Part shown: positions 1 to 10,700 of the stretch, piece after piece | How the letters are laid out: every line of letters starts with the position of its first letter | How positions within the stretch are numbered: the first letter of the stretch is position 1 | Assembly: GCA_964057225.1 (NCBI GenBank) | Contig: OZ059894.1 | Location: 2,294,001 to 2,358,000, forward strand | Direction: 5' to 3' | DNA length: 64,000 nucleotides | DNA from: Auanema rhodensis | Taxonomy: Eukaryota; Animalia; Nematoda | Translations under genes and position numbers: made by a program | The notes under the pieces: model-generated | Told to the model about the DNA's origin: nothing | Databases searched by the model: none | Seen by the model: only the letters and a program-made list of their open reading frames with translations

Positions 1-57
1 GAGAAACGCTTAATACAAAAATTAGTTATGATCGTTTGAAAAATGATGCATTAGTGT

Positions 58-85
58 ATGTTGAGTTTCCATGTACACTCAACAT
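58..85. other. 9-bp inverted repeat in each monomer
   Basis: ATGTTGAGT (58-66) and ACTCAACAT (77-85) flank a 10-nt spacer. Confidence 0.9.
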
Positions 86-586
86 ATCTTCCAAAAACAT
101 TTTGACAAAAATTTTTTCGAAAAATTTCAGAATAATTTAGCAAAAAGTAGATGTTTTTAGATTTCTTTTCTCAAGGCAAAGACGATGGACAATGTTATTC
201 AACGAAAAAATTAATTCTTCAGGGTGAAAATCGAGGATATAAGTAAGAACATATATCAGTTGATATCTCGGTGCATTTTTAAGCTAGCGCAAATCTGATA
301 ACACAGATCGACGCAGCTTAAAAATCCGCATCAAATGCACTATACTACATTGAGAAACGTTCAATACAAAAATTAGTTATGATCGTTTGAAAAATGATGA
401 ATTAGTGTATGTTGAGTTTCCATGTACACTCAACATTGCTTCCAAAAACATTTTGACAAAAATTTTTTCGAGAAATTTCAAAATAATTTAGCAAAAAGTA
501 GATGTTTTTAGATTCCTTTTTTCAAGGCGAAGACGATGGACATTGTTATTCAACGAAAAAATTAATTCTTCAGGGTGAAAATCGAG

Positions 587-617
587 GATATAAGTGTGAA
601 CTTATATCAGTTGATAT
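587..617. other. Two overlapping inverted repeats in the major haplotype
   Basis: GATATAAGT-gtga-ACTTATATC (587-608) overlaps ATATCA-gt-TGATAT (604-617). Confidence 0.88.
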
Positions 618-618
618 C

Positions 619-685
619 TCGGTGCATTTTTAAGCTAGCGCAAATCTGATAACACAGATCGACGCAGCTTAAAAATCCGCATCGA
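619..685. other. Long imperfect inverted repeat present in each monomer (monomer positions 268-334; example in monomer 2)
   Basis: TCGGTGC-ATTTTTAAGCT-a-GCG-caa-ATCTG-ataaca-CAGAT-cga-CGC-AGCTTAAAAAT-cc-GCATCGA: a perfect 11-bp stem with nested 3-bp and 5-bp stems and an outer 7-bp stem containing one G.T pair. Confidence 0.9.
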
Positions 686-814
686 ATGCACTATACTACA
701 TTGAGAAACGCTTAATACAAAAATTAGTTATGATCGTTTGAAAAATGATGCATTAGTGTATGTTGAGTTTCCATGTACACTCAACATTGCTTCCAAAAAC
801 ATTTTGACAAAAAT

Positions 815-826
815 TTTTTCGAAAAA
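815..826. other. 12-bp palindrome TTTTTCGAAAAA inside an A/T-tract region with imperfect dyad symmetry
   Basis: Read directly in monomer 3. In the major haplotype it is flanked by ATTTTGA and TCAAAAT. The TCGAGAAA variant breaks it. Confidence 0.88.
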
Positions 827-3800
827 TTTCGAAATAATTTAGCAAAAAGTAGATGTTTTTAGATTCCTTTTTTCAAGGCAAAGACGATGGACATTGTTAT
901 TCAACGAAAAAATCAATTCTTCAGGGTGAAAATCGAGGATCTAAGTGTGAACTTATATCAGTTGATATCTCGGTGCATTTTTAAGCTAGCGCAAATCTGA
1001 TAACACAGATCGACGCAGCTTAAAAATCCGCATCGAATGCACTATACTACATTGAGAAACGCTCAATACAAAATGTAGTTATGATCGTTTGAAAAATGAT
1101 GCATTAGTGTATGTTGAGTTTCCATGTACACTCAACATTGCTTCCAAAAACATTTTGACAAAAATTTTTTCGAAAAATTTCAAAATAATTTAGCAAGAAG
1201 TAGATGTTTTTAGATTCCTTTTTTCAAGGCAAAGACGATGGACAATGTTATTCAACGAAAAAATAATTTCTTCAGGGTGAAAATCGAGGATATAAGTGTG
1301 AACTTATATCAGTTGATATCTCGGTGCATTTTTAAGCTAGCGCAAATCTGATAACACAGATCGACGCAGCTTAAAAATCCGCATCGAATGCACTATACTA
1401 CATTGAGGAACGCTTAATACAAAAATTAGTTATGATCGTTTGAAAAATAATGCATTAGTGTATGTTGAGTTTCCATGTACACTCAACATAGCTTCCAAAA
1501 ACATTTTGACAAAAATTTTTTCGAAAAATTTCAAAATAATTTAGCGAAAAGTAGATGTTTTTAGATTCCTTTTTTCAAGGCAAAGACGATGGACATTGTT
1601 ATTCAACGAAAAAATCAATTCTTCAGGGTGAAAATCGAGGATCTAAGTGTGAACTTATATCAGTTGATATCTCGGTGCATTTTTAAGCTAGCGCAAATCT
1701 GATAACACAGATCGACGCAGCTTAAAAATCCGCATCGAATGCACTATACTACATTGAGGAACGCTTAATACAAAAATTAGTTATGATCGTTTGAAAAATA
1801 ATGCATTAGTGTATGTTGAGTTTCCATGTACACTCAACATAGCTTCCAAAAACATTTTGACAAAAATTTTTTCGAAAAATTTCAAAATAATTTAGCGAAA
1901 AGTAGATGTTTTTAGATTCCTTTTTTCAAGGCAAAGACGATGGACATTGTTATTCAACGAAAAAATCAATTCTTCAGGGTGAAAATCGAGGATCTAAGTG
2001 TGAACTTATATCAGTTGATATCTCGGTGCATTTTTAAGCTAGCGCAAATCTGATAACACAGATCGACGCAGCTTAAAAATCCGCATCGAATGCACTATAC
2101 TACATTGAGAAACGCTTAATACAAAAATTAGTTATGATCGTTTGAAAAATGATGCATTAGTGTATGTTGAGTTTCCATGTACACTCAACATATCTTCCAA
2201 AAACATTTTGACAAAAATTTTTTCGAAAAATTTCAGAATAATTTAGCAAAAAGTAGATGTTTTTAGATTTCTTTTCTCAAGGCAAAGACGATGGACAATG
2301 TTATTCAACGAAAAAATTAATTCTTCAGGGTGAAAATCGAGGATATAAGTAAGAACATATATCAGTTGATATCTCGGTGCATTTTTAAGCTAGCGCAAAT
2401 CTGATAACACAGATCGACGCAGCTTAAAAATCCGCATCAAATGCACTATACTACATTGAGAAACGTTCAATACAAAAATTAGTTATGATCGTTTGAAAAA
2501 TGATGAATTAGTGTATGTTGAGTTTCCATGTACACTCAACATTGCTTCCAAAAACATTTTGACAAAAATTTTTTCGAGAAATTTCAAAATAATTTAGCAA
2601 AAAGTAGATGTTTTTAGATTCCTTTTTTCAAGGCGAAGACGATGGACATTGTTATTCAACGAAAAAATTAATTCTTCAGGGTGAAAATCGAGGATATAAG
2701 TGTGAACTTATATCAGTTGATATCTCGGTGCATTTTTAAGCTAGCGCAAATCTGATAACACAGATCGACGCAGCTTAAAAATCCGCATCGAATGCACTAT
2801 ACTACATTGAGAAACGCTTAATACAAAAATTAGTTATGATCGTTTGAAAAATGATGCATTAGTGTATGTTGAGTTTCCATGTACACTCAACATTGCTTCC
2901 AAAAACATTTTGACAAAAATTTTTTCGAAAAATTTCGAAATAATTTAGCAAAAAGTAGATGTTTTTAGATTCCTTTTTTCAAGGCAAAGACGATGGACAT
3001 TGTTATTCAACGAAAAAATCAATTCTTCAGGGTGAAAATCGAGGATCTAAGTGTGAACTTATATCAGTTGATATCTCGGTGCATTTTTAAGCTAGCGCAA
3101 ATCTGATAACACAGATCGACGCAGCTTAAAAATCCGCATCGAATGCACTATACTACATTGAGAAACGCTCAATACAAAATGTAGTTATGATCGTTTGAAA
3201 AATGATGCATTAGTGTATGTTGAGTTTCCATGTACACTCAACATTGCTTCCAAAAACATTTTGACAAAAATTTTTTCGAAAAATTTCAAAATAATTTAGC
3301 AAGAAGTAGATGTTTTTAGATTCCTTTTTTCAAGGCAAAGACGATGGACAATGTTATTCAACGAAAAAATAATTTCTTCAGGGTGAAAATCGAGGATATA
3401 AGTGTGAACTTATATCAGTTGATATCTCGGTGCATTTTTAAGCTAGCGCAAATCTGATAACACAGATCGACGCAGCTTAAAAATCCGCATCAAATGCACT
3501 ATACTACATTGAGAAACGTTCAATACAAAAATTAGTTATGATCGTTTGAAAAATGATGAATTAGTGTATGTTGAGTTTCCATGTACACTCAACATTGCTT
3601 CCAAAAACATTTTGACAAAAATTTTTTCGAGAAATTTCAAAATAATTTAGCAAAAAGTAGATGTTTTTAGATTCCTTTTTTCAAGGCGAAGACGATGGAC
3701 ATTGTTATTCAACGAAAAAATTAATTCTTCAGGGTGAAAATCGAGGATATAAGTGTGAACTTATATCAGTTGATATCTCGGTGCATTTTTAAGCTAGCGC

Positions 3801-4724
3801 AAATCTGATAACACAGATCGACGCAGCTTAAAAATCCGCATCGAATGCACTATACTACATTGAGAAACGCTTAATACAAAAATTAGTTATGATCGTTTGA
3901 AAAATGATGCATTAGTGTATGTTGAGTTTCCATGTACACTCAACATTGCTTCCAAAAACATTTTGACAAAAATTTTTTCGAAAAATTTCGAAATAATTTA
4001 GCAAAAAGTAGATGTTTTTAGATTCCTTTTTTCAAGGCAAAGACGATGGACATTGTTATTCAACGAAAAAATCAATTCTTCAGGGTGAAAATCGAGGATC
4101 TAAGTGTGAACTTATATCAGTTGATATCTCGGTGCATTTTTAAGCTAGCGCAAATCTGATAACACAGATCGACGCAGCTTAAAAATCCGCATCGAATGCA
4201 CTATACTACATTGAGAAACGCTCAATACAAAATGTAGTTATGATCGTTTGAAAAATGATGCATTAGTGTATGTTGAGTTTCCATGTACACTCAACATTGC
4301 TTCCAAAAACATTTTGACAAAAATTTTTTCGAAAAATTTCAAAATAATTTAGCAAGAAGTAGATGTTTTTAGATTCCTTTTTTCAAGGCAAAGACGATGG
4401 ACAATGTTATTCAACGAAAAAATAATTTCTTCAGGGTGAAAATCGAGGATATAAGTGTGAACTTATATCAGTTGATATCTCGGTGCATTTTTAAGCTAGC
4501 GCAAATCTGATAACACAGATCGACGCAGCTTAAAAATCCGCATCGAATGCACTATACTACATTGAGGAACGCTTAATACAAAAATTAGTTATGATCGTTT
4601 GAAAAATAATGCATTAGTGTATGTTGAGTTTCCATGTACACTCAACATAGCTTCCAAAAACATTTTGACAAAAATTTTTTCGAAAAATTTCGAAATAATT
4701 TAGCGAAAAGTAGATGTTTTTAGA

Positions 4725-7700
4725 TTCCTTTTTTCAAGGCAAAGACGATGGACATTGTTATTCAACGAAAAAATCAATTCTTCAGGGTGAAAATCGAGGA
4801 TCTAAGTGTGAACTTATATCAGTTGATATCTCGGTGCATTTTTAAGCTAGCGCAAATCTGATAACACAGATCGACGCAGCTTAAAAATCCGCATCGAATG
4901 CACTATACTACATTGAGGAACGCTTAATACAAAAATTAGTTATGATCGTTTGAAAAATAATGCATTAGTGTATGTTGAGTTTCCATGTACACTCAACATA
5001 GCTTCCAAAAACATTTTGACAAAAATTTTTTCGAAAAATTTCAAAATAATTTAGCGAAAAGTAGATGTTTTTAGTTTCCTTTTTTCAAGGCAAAGACGAT
5101 GGACATTGTTATTCAACGAAAAAATCAATTCTTCAGGGTGAAAATCGAGGATCTAAGTGTGAACTTATATCAGTTGATATCTCGGTGCATTTTTAAGCTA
5201 GCGCAAATCTGATAACACAGATCGACGCAGCTTAAAAATCCGCATCGAATGCACTATACTACATTGAGAAACGCTCAATACAAAATGTAGTTATGATCGT
5301 TTGAAAAATGATGCATTAGTGTATGTTGAGTTTCCATGTACACTCAACATTGCTTCCAAAAACATTTTGACAAAAATTTTTTCGAAAAATTTCAAAATAA
5401 TTTAGCAAGAAGTAGATGTTTTTAGATTCCTTTTTTCAAGGCAAAGACGATGGACAATGTTATTCAACGAAAAAATAATTTCTTCAGGGTGAAAATCGAG
5501 GATATAAGTGTGAACTTATATCAGTTGATATCTCGGTGCATTTTTAAGCTAGCGCAAATCTGATAACACAGATCGACGCAGCTTGAAAATCCGCATCGAA
5601 TGCACTATACTACATTGAGAAACGCTTAATACAAAAATTAGTTATGATTGTTTGAAAAATGATGCATTAGTGTATGTTGAGTTTCCATGTACACTCAACA
5701 TAGCTTCCAAAAACATTTTGACAAAAATTTTTTCGAAAAATTTCAAAATAATTTAGCGAAAAGTAGATGTTTTTAGATTCCTTTTTCAAGGCAAAGACGA
5801 TGGACAATGTTATTCAACGAAAAAATTAATTCTTCAGGGTGAAAATCGAGGATATAAGTGTGAACTTATATCAGTTGATATCTCGGTGCATTTTTAAGCT
5901 AGCGCAAATCTGATAACACAGATCGACGCAGCTTGAAAATCCGCATCGAATGCACTATACTACATTGAGAAACGCTTAATACAAAAATTAGTTATGATTG
6001 TTTGAAAAATGATGCATTAGTGTATGTTGAGTTTCCATGTACGCTCAACATTGCTTCCAAAAACATTTTGACAAAAATTTTTTCGAAAAATTTCAAAATA
6101 ATTTAGCAAAAAGTAGATGTTTTTAGATTCCTTTTTTCAAGGCAAAGACGATGGACAATGTTATTCAACGAAAAAATTAATTCTTCAGGGTGAAAATCGA
6201 GGATATAAGTGTGAACTTATATCAGTTGAGATCTCGGTGCATTTTTAAGCTAGCGCAAATCTGATAACACAGATCGACGCAGCTTAAAAATCCGCATCGA
6301 ATGCACTATACTACATTGAAGAACGCTTAATACAAAAATTAGTTATGATCGTTTGAAAAATAATGCATTAGTGTATGTTGAGTTTCCATGTACGCTCAAC
6401 ATTGCTTCCAAAAACATTTTGACAAAAATTTTTTCGAAAAATTTCAAAATAATTTAGCAAAAAGTAGATGTTTTTAGATTCCTTTTTTCAAGGCAAAGAC
6501 GATGGACAATGTTATTCAACGAAAAAATTAATTCTTCAGGGTGAAAATCGAGGATATAAGTGTGAACTTATATCAGTTGAGATCTCGGTGCATTTTTAAG
6601 CTAGCGCAAATCTGATAACACAGATCGACGCAGCTTAAAAATCCGCATCGAATGCACTATACTACATTGAAGAACGCTTAATACAAAAATTAGTTATGAT
6701 CGTTTGAAAAATAATGCATTAGTGTATGTTGAGTTTCCATGTACACTCAACATAGCTTCCAAAAACATTTTGACAAAAATTTTTTCGAAAAATTTCAGAA
6801 TAATTTAGCAAAAAGTAGATGTTTTTAGATTTCTTTTCTCAAGGCAAAGACGATGGACAATGTTATTCAACGAAAAAATTAATTCTTCAGGGTGAAAATC
6901 GAGGATATAAGTGTGAACTTATATCAATTGATATCTCGGTGCATTTTTAAGCTAGCGCAAATCTGATAACACAGATCGACGCAGCTTGAAAATCCGCATC
7001 GAATGCACTATACTACATTGAGAAACGCTTAATACAAAAATTAGTTATGATTGTTTGAAAAATGATGCATTAGTGTATGTTGAGTTTCCATGTACGCTCA
7101 ACATTGCTTCCAAAAGCATTTTGACAAAAATTTTTTCGAAAAATTTCAAAATAATTTAGCAAAAAGTAGATGTTTTTAAATTTCTTTTCTCAAGGCAAAG
7201 ACGATGGACAATGTTATTCAACGAAAAAATTAATTCTTCAGGGTGAAAATCGAGGATATAAGTAAGAACATATATCAGTTGATATCTCGGTGCATTTTTA
7301 AGCTAGCGCAAATCTGATAACACAGACCGACGCAGCTTAAAAATCCGCATCGAATGCACTATTCTACATTAAGAAACGCTCAATACAAAAATTAGTTATG
7401 ATCGTTTGAAAAATGATGCATTAGTGTATGTTGAGTTTCCATGTACAATCAACATTGCTTCCAAAAACATTTTGACAAAAATTTTTTCGAAAAATTTCAA
7501 AATAATTTAGCAAAAAGTAGATGTTTTTAAATTTCTTTTCTCAAGGCAAAGACGATGGACAATGTTATTCAACGAAAAAATTAATTCTTCAGGGTGAAAA
7601 TCGAGGATATAAGTGTGAACTTATATCAGTTGATATCTCGGTGCATTTTTAAGCTAGCGCAAATCTGATAACACAGACCGACGCAGCTTAAAAATCCGCA

Positions 7701-10700
7701 TCGAATGCACTATTCTACATTAAGAAACGCTCAATACAAAAATTAGTTATGATCGTTTGAAAAATGATGCATTAGTGTATGTTGAGTTTCCATGTACAAT
7801 CAACATTGCTTCCAAAAACATTTTGACAAAAATTTTTTCGAAAAATTTCAAAATAATTTAGCAAAAAGTAGATGTTTTCAGATTTTTTTTTTCAAGGCAA
7901 AGACCATGGACAATGTTATTCAACGAAAAAATTAATTCTTCAGGGTGAAAATCGAGGATATAAGTGTGAACTTATATCAGTTGATATCTCGGTGCATTTT
8001 TAAGCTAGCGCAAATCTGATAACACAGATCGACGCAGCTTAAAAATCCGCATCGAATGCACTATACTACATTGAAAAACGCTTAATAAAAAAATTAGTTA
8101 TGATGGTTTGAAAAATGATGCATTAGTGTATATTGAGTTTCCATGTACACTCAACATTGCTTCCAAAAACATTTTGACAAAAATTTTTTCGAAAAATTTC
8201 AGAATAATTTAGCAAAAAGTAGATGTTTTTAGATTTCTTTTCTCAAGGCAAAGACGATGGACAATGTTATTCAACGAAAAAATTAATTCTTCAGGGTGAA
8301 AATCGAGGATATAAGTAAGAACATATATCAGTTGATATCTCGGTGCATTTTTAAGCTAGCGCAAATCTGATAACACAGATCGACGCAGCTTAAAAATCCG
8401 CATCAAATGCACTATACTACATTGAGAAACGTTCAATACAAAAATTAGTTATGATCGTTTGAAAAATGATGAATTAGTGTATGTTGAGTTTCCATGTACA
8501 CTCAACATTGCTTCCAAAAACATTTTGACAAAAATTTTTTCGAAATATTTCAAAATAATTTAGCAAAAAGTAGATGTTTTTAGATTCCTTTTTTCAAGGC
8601 AAAGACGATGGACAATGTTTTTCAACGAAAAAATTAATTCTTCAGGGTGAAAATCGAGGATATAAGTGTGAACTTATATCAGTTGATATCTCGGTGCATT
8701 TTTAAGCTAGCGCAAATCTGATAACACAGATCGACGCAGCTTAAAAATCCGCATCGAATGCACTATACTACATTGAGAAACGCTTAATACAAAAATTAGT
8801 TATGATCGTTTGAAAAATGATGCATTAGTGTATGTTGAGTTTCCATGTACACTCAACATATCTTCCAAAAACATTTTGACAAAAATTTTTTCGAAAAATT
8901 TCAGGATAATTTAGCAAAAAGTAGATGTTTTTAGATTTCTTTTCTTAAGGCAAAGACGATGGACAATGTTATTCAACGAAAAAATTAATTCTTCAGGGTG
9001 AAAATCGAGGATATAAGTGTGAACTTATATCAGTTGATATCTCGGTGCATTTTTAAGCTAGCGCAAATCTGATAACACAGATCGACGCAGCTTAAAAATC
9101 CGCATCGAATGCACTATACTACATTGAGAAACGCTCAATACAAAATGTAGTTATGATCGTTTGAAAAATGATGCATTAGTGTATGTTGAGTTTCCATGTA
9201 CACTCAACATTGCTTCCAAAAACATTTTGACAAAAATTTTTTCGAAAAATTTCAAAATAATTTAGCAAGAAGTAGATGTTTTTAGATTCCTTTTTTCAAG
9301 GCAAAGACGATGGACAATGTTATTCAACGAAAAAATAATTTCTTCAGGGTGAAAATCGAGGATATAAGTGTGAACTTATATCAGTTGATATCTCGGTGCA
9401 TTTTTAAGCTAGCGCAAATCTGATAACACAGATCGACGCAGCTTAAAAATCCGCATCGAATGCACTATACTACATTGAGGAACGCTTAATACAAAAATTA
9501 GTTATGATCGTTTGAAAAATAATGCATTAGTGTATGTTGAGTTTCCATGTACACTCAACATAGCTTCCAAAAACATTTTGACAAAAATTTTTTCGAAAAA
9601 TTTCAAAATAATTTAGCGAAAAGTAGATGTTTTTAGATTCCTTTTTTCAAGGCAAAGACGATGGACATTGTTATTCAACGAAAAAATCAATTCTTCAGGG
9701 TGAAAATCGAGGATCTAAGTGTGAACTTATATCAGTTGATATCTCGGTGCATTTTTAAGCTAGCGCAAATCTGATAACACAGATCGACGCAGCTTAAAAA
9801 TCCGCATCGAATGCACTATACTACATTGAGGAACGCTTAATACAAAAATTAGTTATGATCGTTTGAAAAATAATGCATTAGTGTATGTTGAGTTTCCATG
9901 TACACTCAACATAGCTTCCAAAAATATTTTGACAAAAATTTTTTCGAAAAATTTCAAAATAATTTAGCGAAAAGTAGATGTTTTTAGATTCCTTTTTTCA
10001 AGGCAAAGACGATGGACATTGTTATTCAACGAAAAAATCAATTCTTCAGGGTGAAAATCGAGGATCTAAGTGTGAACTTATATCAGTTGATATCTCGGTG
10101 CATTTTTAAGCTAGCGCAAATCTGATAACACAGATCGACGCAGCTTAAAAATCCGCATCGAATGCACTATACTACATTGAGAAACGCTCAATACAAAATG
10201 TAGTTATGATCGTTTGAAAAATGATGCATTAGTGTATGTTGAGTTTCCATGTACACTCAACATTGCTTCCAAAAACATTTTGACAAAAATTTTTTCGAAA
10301 AATTTCAAAATAATTTAGCGAAAAGTAGATGTTTTTAGTTTCCTTTTTTCAAGGCAAAGACGATGGACATTGTTATTCAACGAAAAAATCAATTCTTCAG
10401 GGTGAAAATCGAGGATCTAAGTGTGAACTTATATCAGTTGATATCTCGGTGCATTTTTAAGCTAGCGCAAATCTGATAACACAGATCGACGCAGCTTAAA
10501 AATCCGCATCGAATGCACTATACTACATTGAGGAACGCTTAATACAAAAATTAGTTATGATCGTTTGAAAAATAATGCATTAGTGTATGTTGAGTTTCCA
10601 TGTACACTCAACATAGCTTCCAAAAACATTTTGACAAAAATTTTTTCGAAAAATTTCAAAATAATTTAGCGAAAAGTAGATGTTTTTAGTTTCCTTTTTT

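Larger units (their letters stand above)
1..3490. repeat. 6-monomer-period (2106 bp) duplication: monomers 1-4 recur as monomers 7-10
   Basis: The haplotype ACATATCTT / TAAGAACAT at 1 recurs at 2107, followed by the same order of monomer types (GAATTAG, TTCGAAAT, AAAATGTAG). Confidence 0.85.

Noticed and set aside
191-207. CENP-B-box-like TTTCGTTGAA on the minus strand
   Set aside because: It matches only the TTCG half of the box and lacks the essential CGGG.
1-351. Tandem RNA gene array (5S rRNA, tRNA, snRNA or spliced leader)
   Set aside because: I recognised no such gene sequence, cloverleaf or convincing Pol III A/B/C boxes by eye. An Rfam cmscan would be the decisive test.
1-351. Monomer as a diverged dimer of two subunits of about 175 bp
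   Set aside because: The two halves show no convincing alignment beyond short A/T-rich matches.
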